DNA of 64,000 nt from Nitrospirota bacterium (GCA_963701855.1 CAVPBK010000011.1:96001-160000), one strand, 5' to 3'. Shown: positions 9,308 to 19,368, counted from the stretch's first letter. Numbers and translations are program-made. Notes: generated from the sequence alone by a model not told the origin.

Positions 9308-12271
9308 ATGCCGGAAATTTCCTCACCCTTCGAACCTATCGTGTACCGTATCGGTGAACAGCTCGCCCGGCTCTCTGCCGGTCGAACTCCAACACTTTTT
9401 GAGGGCCGCTGGTGGTCGCACACTGCGCTCAACCTGGCCATGCAAGACAGCCTCTTCAAGGCCCAGCTGTTTCGATTCATCGATGTCCTGCCTTCGATCA
9501 CAGAAGACGAACAGGTGGTCACGCTGGCTCGCGAGTACTTGGGGGATGGAGCTCCACCGCTCTTCGGCGGCCAATGGGGCCTCAAAGCCATTTCCGCCAC
9601 CAGCCTGGGGGCTCGGCTCACTGGAAAAGCGATCAGAAGCCAGGTCGAGCACATGGCGCGCACCTTCATTGCCGGAGCGACAGTCGAGGAAGCAGCGCCG
9701 CGGTTGACCGATCTGTGGCACCATGGACGAGCCTGGTCGGTTGATTTGCTGGGCGAGGCCACCATCAGCGATCGTGAAGCTGATCAGTACCGCGACCGCT
9801 GTATGGATGCCCTGACTCTGCTTGCGCGAGATGCGGCCTCGTGGCCGCCCATTCCTTTACTGGAGCGGGACCATCTCGGACCGGTACCGCGGGTCCAGCT
9901 CTCCATAAAAATCTCCGCCCTCTCTCCGCATCTTGACCCGATCGACCCGGAAGGAAGTTACCGTTCGGTAGGGATGCGGCTTCGACCTATTCTCGATCTG
10001 GCAATGCGCCTCCCCGCTTCATTGATCTTCGATATGGAACAAGCCGATACGAAAACCTTGCTGGTGGAGATTTTTACCAGGCTCTTCACGGAGCCTTCCT
10101 ACAAGGACTATCCCTATGCGGGGCTCGCGTTGCAGGCCTACCATCTTGAAACAAAACGCGATATCGAAAAACTTCTGGGTTGGGTTCGCCGACGTGGGAC
10201 GCCCATTACCATTCGATTGGTGAAAGGGGCCTACTGGGACTCGGACACGATCCGCTATCGGCAACGAGGCTGGACTACTCCTCTCTTTGAACATAAGGTG
10301 GAGACGGATGCCAACTATGAGTCGCTCGCATATCTCATGTTATCCCAGTCATCGCTCATTCGACCGGCCTTCGGGACGCATAATCTTCGTACGCTGGCAT
10401 ATATAGAGGCGGTTGCGGAATCGCTCAAGCTCCCTCCAGAGACATGGGAATATCAGATGATCTTCGGCATGGCCGAACCCTTTCAGCATGCCGTCATGCA
10501 GTATGGGAGGAGATTGCGGCTCTATACCCCGGTGGGCGAGCTGCTTCCAGGCATGGCCTATCTCGTACGGCGATTACTGGAAAATACCTCGAACGAATCA
10601 TTCCTACGCAAGGAGTATGTAGAATCTCACCCATTGAGCACGTTGCTGGCTCCGCCCGTTCTTGCGGAGCCGAGTCAGAAGCAGCCCCTCGTGTCTCATT
10701 GCGCCGAGATGCAGGAGTTTCGAAATGAACCGCAGCGGAATTTTGCGCAGGCCGATAGCCGCGCGGCAATGCAGCAAGCCCTGGCGACCGTGCGGTCGCA
10801 ACTGGGCCGACAATGGACTTTGTCGCCCCGGGGGCTGAGCCTGACGGGGCCTCTTATCGAGTCGCGCAACCCGGGACGTCCGGATGAAGTCGTGGGCCGG
10901 TTGTCTAGTGCGAGTTCTGTGGATGTCGAACAGGCAATCCACCGAGCGGTTCAAGCAAGGGAATCCTGGCGTGACGCCACAACAGAGCGACGGGTGGACA
11001 TTCTGCGTGCTGCAGCTACGCTCATGCGGACGCGGCGCGATGAATTGGCGGCATGGGAAATAATGGAATGTGGGAAGCCCTGGAGGGAGGCAGATGCGGA
11101 TGTTGCGGAGGCGATCGACTTTCTGGAATTTTATGCCGCGGACTGGCGCAGGCTCGCCTCCCCAAAGCGGTTAGGACAAGAGCCTGGTGAGCTGAACCAG
11201 CGTCTTTATAGCCCTCGCGGGGTGACGGCCGTTATCGCTCCGTGGAATTTTCCGCTGGCGATTCCCACCGGCATGGTGTCGGCGGCGCTCGTGACCGGGA
11301 ATCCCGTCATCTTCAAACCCTCCGAGCGCTCGCCAATGATGGGACATTGGCTCACGGAGATCTTGCAGGAGGCCGGTCTGCCTGAAGGAGTACTCTGCTG
11401 TCTGCAGGGCGGACCGGATATCGGACGCGCGCTGCTGCACCATCTCGATATAGCCACGATTGCCTTTACCGGTTCGAAAGACGTGGGGCTCGGCCTTCTG
11501 AAAGATGCCGGTACTCTGATGCCGGACCAACATATGATCAAACGCGTGCTGGCCGAGATGGGAGGAAAAAATGCGATCATTGTGGATGAGACGGCGGATC
11601 TCGATGACGCGATCACCGGAGTGGTCTCCTCGTTCACTGGCTATTCAGGACAGAAATGTTCAGCTTGCTCGCGGGCGATCGTACACACTGCGATCTATGA
11701 TAGTTTTCTGGATCGTCTCAAGGAGGCGGTGTTGAGCCTAAAGGTTGGAAACCCTGAAGAGCCCGGGACGCAAGTCGGACCGGTGATCGACCGGCGCGCG
11801 CAATCGAAGATTCAGGACTATATCGAGATTGGGAAAAAGGAAGCCCGTCTGCTGATAGAAGGAGCGGTGACGGAACCCGGCTGGTATATCGGGCCGACGG
11901 TGTTCGCGGATGTGGCGCCGGCACATCGAATAGCCCAGGAGGAAATCTTTGGGCCGATCCTTTCCGTCATGAAAGCCGCTTCCTTTGAGGAGGCGCTGGC
12001 CCTGGCGAATTCAACAGCCTATGCCCTCACCGGCGGAGTCTATTCACGAAGCCCGGCTAATCTGGAACAGGCACGGCGGCAATTCGATGTCGGGAATCTC
12101 TACCTGAATCGTCCAATCACCGGCGCGTTAGTCGGCCGGCAACCGTTTGGGGGCCATCGGCTCTCCGGAGTCGGAGCGAAGGCCGGAGGTGAAGAGTACC
12201 TGACGCAATTCGTGGTTACCCGTGTGATCAGCGAGCAGACCCTCCGTCGAGGATTCGCGCCGCCCGAGTGA
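9308..12271 (+). CDS. putA: Bifunctional proline dehydrogenase / P5C dehydrogenase
   Basis: RLVKGAYWD, YLVRRLLEN, AEMGGKNA, GQKCSACS, QPFGG. Confidence 0.95.
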   Translation: MPEISSPFEPIVYRIGEQLARLSAGRTPTLFEGRWWSHTALNLAMQDSLFKAQLFRFIDVLPSITEDEQVVTLAREYLGDGAPPLFGGQWGLKAISATSLGARLTGKAIRSQVEHMARTFIAGATVEEAAPRLTDLWHHGRAWSVDLLGEATISDREADQYRDRCMDALTLLARDAASWPPIPLLERDHLGPVPRVQLSIKISALSPHLDPIDPEGSYRSVGMRLRPILDLAMRLPASLIFDMEQADTKTLLVEIFTRLFTEPSYKDYPYAGLALQAYHLETKRDIEKLLGWVRRRGTPITIRLVKGAYWDSDTIRYRQRGWTTPLFEHKVETDANYESLAYLMLSQSSLIRPAFGTHNLRTLAYIEAVAESLKLPPETWEYQMIFGMAEPFQHAVMQYGRRLRLYTPVGELLPGMAYLVRRLLENTSNESFLRKEYVESHPLSTLLAPPVLAEPSQKQPLVSHCAEMQEFRNEPQRNFAQADSRAAMQQALATVRSQLGRQWTLSPRGLSLTGPLIESRNPGRPDEVVGRLSSASSVDVEQAIHRAVQARESWRDATTERRVDILRAAATLMRTRRDELAAWEIMECGKPWREADADVAEAIDFLEFYAADWRRLASPKRLGQEPGELNQRLYSPRGVTAVIAPWNFPLAIPTGMVSAALVTGNPVIFKPSERSPMMGHWLTEILQEAGLPEGVLCCLQGGPDIGRALLHHLDIATIAFTGSKDVGLGLLKDAGTLMPDQHMIKRVLAEMGGKNAIIVDETADLDDAITGVVSSFTGYSGQKCSACSRAIVHTAIYDSFLDRLKEAVLSLKVGNPEEPGTQVGPVIDRRAQSKIQDYIEIGKKEARLLIEGAVTEPGWYIGPTVFADVAPAHRIAQEEIFGPILSVMKAASFEEALALANSTAYALTGGVYSRSPANLEQARRQFDVGNLYLNRPITGALVGRQPFGGHRLSGVGAKAGGEEYLTQFVVTRVISEQTLRRGFAPPE

Positions 12272-13057
12272 AGCCTTCGGCGGCTTGATGTCATACGATT
12301 CCAATTCCTCCGTGATGTCCGTCACCACACCCCGGTCTTCCACCTGCGAAAGTTCCTGCCGCTCGACATACTTGACCAAGCCCACGCCCTTGGCGAACCA
12401 TGCGGTCATCACATCGGTTCCGATGGCTGTCTTCTTCTCGCCGGAGAGATGAATCTGCATCTGCATGCGCGCTTCCACCTTCACGGCATCCTTGAACGTG
12501 CCGGCCGGCACGGTGACCGATTCCAGCCCTAGTACTGTCGCGTCACCATGCGCTTCGGCCTTTTCGTTGATGCCGTCTCGATCCAGATCTGTGCCGAAGT
12601 CCAGATCTTTGCGGTTGAATTGCGGGAAGGACGACGAGACCATCAGCGGGAAGCGCACGATCTGATAAGGGACAAGCTGTTTCTCAAAAGGCGTACCCGG
12701 TTCCGAGCCATAATAGACGATGCCGACGATATCGCGCCGGTAGAAACTATCCGAAGGGCCATGGTTGCCTGGATTAGTATCGTGAAATACGGTGACCGTC
12801 ATGCCCTTGATAGTTTTTGTGCCGGTGACCGAGGACACGTTGGAGAAAAACTTATGCTCGATCGTTTGTAGAGGCCCTTCAGTAATCTGGCCACGATAAT
12901 GCCATTCGTTTCCGATTTGATCGGGGAAATAGTCGGCGGATTGGGCAATGACGCCGGCGTTTTCCGTTGCACGGGATACTGAAAAGGGAGCACAACTGAG
13001 CAGCAGCGCTGTGCCCACGAGAACAGCCCATCGGTATCCCGGTTTCTTCAGCGGCAT
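12128..13057 (-). CDS. Hypothetical exported protein/lipoprotein (VTVPAGTF beta-rich family)
   Basis: Hydrophobic N-terminus ending LLSC, ESVTVPAGTFKDA and WFAKGVGLVK motifs; 3' end overlaps putA. Confidence 0.75.
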   Translation of the reverse strand: MPLKKPGYRWAVLVGTALLLSCAPFSVSRATENAGVIAQSADYFPDQIGNEWHYRGQITEGPLQTIEHKFFSNVSSVTGTKTIKGMTVTVFHDTNPGNHGPSDSFYRRDIVGIVYYGSEPGTPFEKQLVPYQIVRFPLMVSSSFPQFNRKDLDFGTDLDRDGINEKAEAHGDATVLGLESVTVPAGTFKDAVKVEARMQMQIHLSGEKKTAIGTDVMTAWFAKGVGLVKYVERQELSQVEDRGVVTDITEELESYDIKPPKASLGRRESSTEGLLADHTGNHELRQVLFTSGLRSDSGEPMAPKRLPAD

Positions 13058-13085
13058 GTGCGAGATCCTCCACTGGTTACACTCT

Positions 13086-13270
13086 AGGAGCCTGTCCGGC
13101 ATAGACCGTTCTACTGCGGCGAACGCTCCGCAACCATCTGCGTCGTTCTCGGCCCTGAAAAACCCTCAATGTATTCCAGTGAATACGCTTCCGGTTTTTG
13201 CTGGCCTTGCGCCGTTCATCTGGCCGCATCTCCTTCGCCTCGTCACGAAGGCAATATCGGACAGGCTCCT
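13086..13270. mobile_element. MITE-like element D
   Basis: Perfect 13-bp TIR AGGAGCCTGTCCG / CGGACAGGCTCCT; internal CCTCAATGTA-N10-TACGCTTCCG hairpin. Confidence 0.8.
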
Positions 13271-13346
13271 TGGTGACCGTACCATAGCAATCCTGGAGGC
13301 GGCAAGGGAATGAGTCGTCCGGTAGTGGGTCAGTAATAAAATCTGT

Positions 13347-13928
13347 TCAAGAATTGGCAGCCCTGTGTTCCTCACGCGCTGCGCTCCAGACTTCCCGTGC
13401 GGCATCGGCGTTCATCGCCGCGATGCCGAGCCCAACGATCAGATCGGGCCATCCCGAAAGCGTATAGGCCGTGACAAACCCCGTCGCGATGATTGCGACA
13501 TTTGCCAAGGCATCATTTCGAGCTGACAGGAACGCCGCTCGTGTCAAACTGCCGCTATGTGCCCGCAAATGTACCAGCATGAACGCGCACGACAGATTGA
13601 TAGCCAGGGCACCGGCACCAGCCAGCGACAGGGGAAGCGCGGCAGGCGGCAACGGCGCCAAGAACTTCTCCCATGCCATCCAGAATGTAGCGATGCCGGG
13701 TATCAACAGGATGCCGGCAAGGGCCATTCCCACACGAGCCCGGTTGGTTGCACTCCATCCAAGCGCTATGGCAATCAAAAAATTAACTGAGGCATCTTCT
13801 AAAAAATCGACGCTATCCGCAAACAGCGCGACTGAGCTGATGGCGAGGGCCACAGCGAACTCGACTCCAAAATAGGCCAGGTTCAGAATAGCAACAATAA
13901 TGACAGCTTTTCGTAGATTCGCGATCAT
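13347..13928 (-). CDS. Cation transporter (CDF/cation efflux-like transmembrane domain)
   Basis: SVALFADSVDFLED, ARNDALAN, WPDLIVG. Confidence 0.85.
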   Translation of the reverse strand: MIANLRKAVIIVAILNLAYFGVEFAVALAISSVALFADSVDFLEDASVNFLIAIALGWSATNRARVGMALAGILLIPGIATFWMAWEKFLAPLPPAALPLSLAGAGALAINLSCAFMLVHLRAHSGSLTRAAFLSARNDALANVAIIATGFVTAYTLSGWPDLIVGLGIAAMNADAAREVWSAAREEHRAANS

Positions 13929-14057
13929 TCCCCAGCTCCAGCAACGTCCTTCGTTTAGAAGGCCGACAATACAGTCGAGGTCGCCAGATATCAAACTGAC
14001 CCACTATCAATCGTCCCTGCAGACTTGCCTTCACGCGATATCCCACCCATAATCAAC

Positions 14058-14182
14058 CGGTCTATTTGGTCTATCTGGTCTGTCTAATTTGTCTTGTTTA
14101 ACCAAATAAACGAAATAGACCAGATAGACCAAATCAACCAAATAGACCAGATCAACCAGATGAACCAAACAAACCAAAGAGA
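14058..14182. repeat. 9-nt-period palindromic repeat, copy 3 (longest)
   Basis: ggtctatttggtctatctggtctgtc ... (aaccaaatagaccagat)n. Confidence 0.85.
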
Positions 14183-14894
14183 TGCGGTGCTAGTGACCGG
14201 CGCGTCCGGAGGGATTGGTCGAGCGATTTGCCTGGCTTTTGCGGCGGCCGGCTGGTCTGTCGGGATTCACTATCATCGAAACAAGGCAGCAGCTGAGAGA
14301 ACACTCACACAGGTGGTAGCCATCGGTGCAACCGGAGCGCTCTATGAAACCGATATTCGCGAATGGCATGCGGTGGAACAAATGGTGGAAGCTTCCTGCC
14401 GCCAGGTGCCTGCACCATCGGTGTTTATCTGCAATGCCGGAATTGGAGGGAGTCATCTCCTGCTTCGACAACGGGAAGAAGATTGGGCTGAGGTGATCGC
14501 CACGAATCTGACCGGAACATTTCACTGCCTTCGCGCGATGGCCCCTCCCCTCCTCCTTCGCGGCGGTGGATCGATCGTCGTGATTGGCTCGCACACCGGA
14601 TTCCATGGTTCGATTGGGCAGTCCGCCTACGCAGCATCAAAAGCCGGTCTCATTGGTCTGGTACACACCGCCGCCCAAGAGTGGGGAGCAGGCAACATCC
14701 GTGTGAATCTCCTCTTGCCTGGCTGGCAGAAGACGGAGCTATCCAAAGGCGCCATGCCGGCAGACAATAGCTGGAGCGGCCATGCGTTGGGCCGGCCACC
14801 GTCACGAGAAGAAGTAGCCAAAACGGTGTTGCATCTGGCGCAACTTAACGATGTGTCGGGACAGGTTTGGAACTGTGATAGCCGACTCCTCTAG
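14160..14894 (+). CDS. Short-chain dehydrogenase/reductase (FabG-like)
   Basis: TGASGGIG, NAG, YAASK; start uncertain because it lies within the repeat. Confidence 0.88.
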   Translation: MNQTNQRDAVLVTGASGGIGRAICLAFAAAGWSVGIHYHRNKAAAERTLTQVVAIGATGALYETDIREWHAVEQMVEASCRQVPAPSVFICNAGIGGSHLLLRQREEDWAEVIATNLTGTFHCLRAMAPPLLLRGGGSIVVIGSHTGFHGSIGQSAYAASKAGLIGLVHTAAQEWGAGNIRVNLLLPGWQKTELSKGAMPADNSWSGHALGRPPSREEVAKTVLHLAQLNDVSGQVWNCDSRLL

Positions 14895-15020
14895 CAGAAT
14901 GCTGAAAAAGCCCGCCAGCTTCGTTCTCGCATCGTTCAGGTCCTCAACGTACCCGAGAGGGTACGCCTCCGGTCCTTCACTCGCTGCGGCCTTGCTGGAC
15001 GGACTTTTTGAGCATTCTGC
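14894..15020. mobile_element. MITE-like element B
   Basis: TIR GCAGAATGCTGAAAAAG / CTTTTTGAGCATTCTGC, begins on the SDR TAG stop; same core as element A. Confidence 0.82.
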
Positions 15021-15062
15021 GGGAGAACTTCAGTTGTGCAAGACTGATGGGCCAAGGAAGAT

Positions 15063-15884
15063 ATGCTTCTAGCCAAACGACACCCTCACGATTCTGTCCC
15101 GCGAGGAGTCTTTATCACAGCGACCGATACTGGCGTCGGAAAAACGCTCATCACCTCTGCGCTCGCGATATGTCTGACTCGACGGGGGATTGATGTCGGG
15201 GTCATGAAGCCGATTGAGACAGGGGTCTCGCGATCGGCCAAGGCTCAGTCTGATGGAGCGCGGTTGCGAAGTGCGGCTGGAAGCCATGATCCGATGGCAG
15301 AAGTCAGTCCCTATGTCTTCCGACTTCCAGTGGCGCCACTCTCTGCCGCGCGAGCGGAAGGGAAAGCCGTGCTGGTGGCGACCATCATGCGGGCCTTCCA
15401 TGCCCTGCGTCAGAAACATACATTTGTGGCTGTAGAGGGAGTTGGCGGCATAGAGGTACCTATCACACAGTCACTTAACGTATTGGACCTCATCTATCAG
15501 ATGAAGTTGTCGGCCATTGTGGTTGGACAATCTGGCTTGGGGGGAATCAATCACGCGTTGTTGACGCTTCACGCGCTCCGCCGACAAAAGATTCCGATCG
15601 TGGCGTTGGTATTGAATCAACGTCACCCGGTGCGTACGAAGATTGCTCGCCTGCAAGAACAGTCGACCGTGAATCTCCTCAGCCTACTTGCTGGGATTCC
15701 AGTGGTAGGTCCGCTCCCTTACAGCCAGCACCTGAATCGCAATTGGAACGATGGGCTGGTCCGCCTTGCGGGAACTGCTCCGATTACTAGGCTGGCGAGG
15801 CTAGTCCTAGCCCGCATTATTCATGAAGGTTCCTCGCGAACGCGTGCAGAAGCGAAACGGGCACTCGAAGGCGTGAAGCCCTGA
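15063..15884 (+). CDS. bioD: Dethiobiotin synthase
   Basis: TATDTGVGKT, MKPIETG, VEGVGG, LGGINHALLT; C-terminal tail read from element F. Confidence 0.93.
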   Translation: MLLAKRHPHDSVPRGVFITATDTGVGKTLITSALAICLTRRGIDVGVMKPIETGVSRSAKAQSDGARLRSAAGSHDPMAEVSPYVFRLPVAPLSAARAEGKAVLVATIMRAFHALRQKHTFVAVEGVGGIEVPITQSLNVLDLIYQMKLSAIVVGQSGLGGINHALLTLHALRRQKIPIVALVLNQRHPVRTKIARLQEQSTVNLLSLLAGIPVVGPLPYSQHLNRNWNDGLVRLAGTAPITRLARLVLARIIHEGSSRTRAEAKRALEGVKP

Positions 15885-15986
15885 GGCATAATCGTGCAGT
15901 ATATCGTCGAAGGGCTGAACGGCGAAACCGCCTGTCACAGCCGCGTATCCGCGCTTGCAGCAGAAGCGTCAAGAATCATGCGGGCT
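15809..15986. mobile_element. MITE-like element F between the convergent bioD and thiE genes
   Basis: Imperfect TIR AGCCCGCATTATTC / GAATCATGCGGGCT, preceded by CT(AG). Confidence 0.7.
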
Positions 15987-16618
15987 CACATCTGGGCGAG
16001 GAACGTTTTCACAGCGTGGCTGATATCCGGGGCCTTGAGAATTGCCGAGATAACCGCAACGCCATTTGCGCCGGCTCGCATCACCTCACCAAACTGGTCG
16101 ATCTGAATGCCACCAATCGCAAAAACGGGTAGTGATGTGAGCGACCGTATCGCACGTAATCCCTCAAGCCCAACCACCGGGTCGTGATCCTGTTTGGAGC
16201 CGGGTGTGAAGATGGGACCAAAGCCAAGATAGTCCGGTTTCCCGGCAGTGGCTTCCCGCACCTGATCGGGATTATGCGTGGAGATCCCAATCAGTTTGTC
16301 CGGGCCCATCACCTTCCTCGCCAAGTCGAGAGGCAAGTCTCCCTGACCCAGGTGTACGCCATCGGCATCCACGGCCAGAGCCAAGTCACAGCGATCGTTC
16401 ACGATGAAAAGCGCGCCTGCCTTCGCAGCAGCTTGTCGGAGCGCCAAGGCCTCCGCATAGGCTTGCTTCATCGATGCGGACTTGTTGCGGTATTGAAAGA
16501 GGGAGGCGCCGGCCTCAGCTGCAGTTCTCAGCACCTCGACCAAGGGACGCGAAGGATAGACCGACGGATCGAGAATGATATAGAGGCCAGAGAGGGAGTG
16601 AGAACGGGCGGCATTCAT
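15986..16618 (-). CDS. thiE: Thiamine-phosphate synthase
   Basis: QYRNK, IVNDR, GVHLGQGD, GISTH, AIGGI. Confidence 0.95.
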   Translation of the reverse strand: MNAARSHSLSGLYIILDPSVYPSRPLVEVLRTAAEAGASLFQYRNKSASMKQAYAEALALRQAAAKAGALFIVNDRCDLALAVDADGVHLGQGDLPLDLARKVMGPDKLIGISTHNPDQVREATAGKPDYLGFGPIFTPGSKQDHDPVVGLEGLRAIRSLTSLPVFAIGGIQIDQFGEVMRAGANGVAVISAILKAPDISHAVKTFLAQM

Positions 16619-16633
16619 GAAGATCGTTATGTA

Positions 16634-16712
16634 GTTTATATCGTTTGTCTGGTTTCTCTGGGTCAAGCAACAGGCCAGACCCGATAGACCAGAGAAACTG
16701 GATAAAGCAAGC
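16634..16712. repeat. 9-nt-period palindromic repeat, copy 4
   Basis: tttgtctggtttctctgg ... ccagacccgatagaccagagaaac. Confidence 0.7.
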
Positions 16713-16744
16713 GAACCCATCGCGCACGAGCGTAAAGAGCAGGA

Positions 16745-17233
16745 TCACTTCTTACTGCAGGCCACTTTCCAAAGAGATCGATTGATGGTACGCGGTACAG
16801 CCGGTTCCCAGGGCAATTGCTCAGTGGTACTGTACACCACGTTACCGTTTCCCATGTTGCCCGAGAACCACGTATACCCAAGCATGCGTGTGCGCTCTTC
16901 TGCGCAATCGTATTCATTAAATCGCTTGATAGACAAGAACGAATCGCCCGCCACCGTTTGAACGGTTTTGTAGTCGTACAATTGCCACATCTTCGCCAGA
17001 TTTCCATTGCGGCGAAGGGTAGCGGGATCGACATATACGGCCAATCCGGCTTCGTCGTCGCCACTCGTCAACACCCACTCCGCATACACTGGCCCGCTAC
17101 TCAGCGCCAGGAGCGCGATCAGGAACCAGAAACTCAACAAGCAGGCCTGTGACAACTTGAGGAATAGGCTCGCGCTGTAGACTGCAGCGCAGGGAACAGG
17201 GACGCGACGGTAGGTGCCAATCGTAAAAGGCAT
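16745..17233 (-). CDS. Surface-adhesin E-like exported protein
   Basis: AEWV...YVDPATLRRNGNLAKMWQLYDY...EYDC...W..AC pattern after a hydrophobic segment. Confidence 0.7.
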   Translation of the reverse strand: MPFTIGTYRRVPVPCAAVYSASLFLKLSQACLLSFWFLIALLALSSGPVYAEWVLTSGDDEAGLAVYVDPATLRRNGNLAKMWQLYDYKTVQTVAGDSFLSIKRFNEYDCAEERTRMLGYTWFSGNMGNGNVVYSTTEQLPWEPAVPRTINRSLWKVACSKK

Positions 17234-17366
17234 AGGGGCCTCGTAGGGTGGCGTATTCTAAGAGGGTCGAGATCGAGGATGCAAGGATCAATAAATAACT
17301 CTACGCAACTTGGCTGGGCTGCTGGTATAGTAGGAGCAGAAACTCCGTCGTTAAAGGAGGGAGCCC

Positions 17367-17591
17367 ATGAAAACCAAACATTCTGATGCTCAGCATGTGG
17401 TGGGGCGGAACCTGTCGCCTGAGCCTGAGTCCATGCAGAAATATTCGGACAAGGTGAGGGAGTTGATTGCGAAGAAAGCCTACGAACTCTATGAGCAACG
17501 AGGGCGGCAGGGAGAACGCGACCTGGAAGACTGGTTACAAGCTGAGGAACTAGTCCGCAAGGAAATGAACACCCGCCGTACTACTCCCTAG
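17367..17591 (+). CDS. DUF2934 domain small protein
   Basis: IAKKAYELYEQRG...DLEDWLQAE; GGAGG SD. Confidence 0.88.
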   Translation: MKTKHSDAQHVVGRNLSPEPESMQKYSDKVRELIAKKAYELYEQRGRQGERDLEDWLQAEELVRKEMNTRRTTP

Positions 17592-17678
17592 CTCCCTGAT
17601 TGGAGTATAGGACGGAGCTCTTTGGATGATGTCCTATCCTCACACAACGCGCATAACTCATGACAGATTGAGTGATGA

Positions 17679-18650
17679 TTACCAGGCGTAGGCTTCTGGT
17701 GCGGACCCGCCTGGGCCGGGAAAGATCGCATCAAGCCGTTTCAGTGTTTCCTGACTCAATGTAAGACTCAGAACCGACATCGTGCCGTTCAATTGCTCCA
17801 TTGTGCGTGGTCCGATGATCGGCGCTGTCACGGCCTTTTGGTGCAACAGCCAGGCGAGCGCCACATCGGCCGGGCGTTCTCCGAGTTGTGCGCAGAGCGC
17901 CTCATAGGCTTCCAGCTTAGGGCGATATGTCTCGATATCTTTCTTCAAATCTTCGTTCGCGCGTCGACCGATCTTCGCCGGTTCCAAGGCCCCGGCCAAT
18001 AGTCCGCGTGCAAGCGGACTCCAGGGAATCAGACCGATGCCATAGGCCTCACAGGCAGGAATCACTTCTAACTCGATCGTCCGCTCGTTCAAATTATAGA
18101 GACTCTGCTCCGACACGAGGCCGACAAAGTGGCGGCTTCGCGCCAGCTCTTGCGCCTGAGCTACGTGCCAGCCGGCAAAATTGCTGCTGCCGACGTATAA
18201 AACCTTGCCTTCCCTGACCAACTGTTCCATTGCCTGCCAGATTTCCTCCCACGGCGTCTCCCGATCGACGTGATGCATCTGATACAAGTCGATGCAGTCA
18301 GTCTGAAGGCGCCGCAGGCTCGCCTCGCAAGCCCGCTTGATGTGCAGGGCCGACAAGCGAGACTGATTCGGCCATGCGCCCATCCGGCCGAACACCTTCG
18401 TTGCCAGCACGACTTTCTCACGCCGTCCCCCGCCCTGGGCGAACCAACGCCCCACAATCTGCTCCGTCCACCCCTCCCCTACCTTCCATCCATAGACGTC
18501 CGCCGTATCGAAAAAGTTAAGGCCCAGCTCCAGCGCCCGGTCCATGATGGCAAAACTATCCGCCTCGTTCGTCTCCGGCCCGAAGTTCATCGTGCCAAGG
18601 CAGAGGCGGCTGACTTTCACTCCTGACCGACCAAGATGAACGTATTGCAT
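17679..18650 (-). CDS. Aldo/keto reductase
   Basis: LGTMNFG, DTADVYG, IDLYQMH, WSPLARG. Confidence 0.94.
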   Translation of the reverse strand: MQYVHLGRSGVKVSRLCLGTMNFGPETNEADSFAIMDRALELGLNFFDTADVYGWKVGEGWTEQIVGRWFAQGGGRREKVVLATKVFGRMGAWPNQSRLSALHIKRACEASLRRLQTDCIDLYQMHHVDRETPWEEIWQAMEQLVREGKVLYVGSSNFAGWHVAQAQELARSRHFVGLVSEQSLYNLNERTIELEVIPACEAYGIGLIPWSPLARGLLAGALEPAKIGRRANEDLKKDIETYRPKLEAYEALCAQLGERPADVALAWLLHQKAVTAPIIGPRTMEQLNGTMSVLSLTLSQETLKRLDAIFPGPGGSAPEAYAW

Positions 18651-18715
18651 AAGCAAGATTCCTTCTCACAGAGGCGAATGAGATATCGTGCACAGATGGA
18701 ACGGAGGGAGAACAC

Positions 18716-18931
18716 TCACGGCTCTTCCTCTTCAATGTCCTCGATCGACTGTTTGAGCGCCGCAACAAAGGCCACCGGCTGAGCCAGAGCGTTCTCCGTC
18801 AATTGGAATTCAGAGACCAGCACACCGGCCTTGTCGACAATGATCAATCGATAGCCTGGTTTCACAGACAAGCCCTCTCTTGATGTGATGCAATGCGCCA
18901 CAAACCTAGCATAGCGGGAAAGAGACTTCAC
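18716..18931 (-). CDS. Small hypothetical protein
   Basis: ORF; start uncertain. Confidence 0.5.
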   Translation of the reverse strand: MKSLSRYARFVAHCITSREGLSVKPGYRLIIVDKAGVLVSEFQLTENALAQPVAFVAALKQSIEDIEEEEP

Positions 18932-19011
18932 GCCGGGGCATTGAGCATGGACGGATCCTTTGTGAGACCTGTGGTAATGAATCCAGATATCGTTTCATGT
19001 TTCTCGTTGAT

Positions 19012-19368
19012 TCATTTAGTCACACCACTGGCCTGGAGCCGAATCTTCTCTTCTATGCTCGCCATGAGTTCAGCAAATCGTTCAGGCTCTGGGGCCGTTC
19101 TCGGATCGAAACAGCCGGCATCCCGTAACATGCGCAAATATTCGAACTCAGTGAGCCACTTACTTTTGTTGGTTCTTTCTTCCGCGAGAGCATAGTAAAT
19201 ATCATAGAGCGCGGTTTCAGGCGCTGAATGTTGCATGGCGTGAACATCGTTGAGTATGGTTGACACCGTCTTGTTGCGAACGAGTTGCATTCCCCTTGAT
19301 GAACTCAGGAAATAGACCACGGCTGCACCAGCAGCGATGACCGTGAGAATGATCAAGAGGAATTCCAT
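19012..19368 (-). CDS. Hypothetical protein with an N-terminal membrane anchor
   Basis: MEFLLIILTVIAAGAAVVYFL hydrophobic helix. Confidence 0.6.
   Translation of the reverse strand: MEFLLIILTVIAAGAAVVYFLSSSRGMQLVRNKTVSTILNDVHAMQHSAPETALYDIYYALAEERTNKSKWLTEFEYLRMLRDAGCFDPRTAPEPERFAELMASIEEKIRLQASGVTK

Noticed and set aside
14058..14182. Possible CRISPR array
   Set aside because: Degenerate 9-nt tandem units without unique spacers; no cas genes
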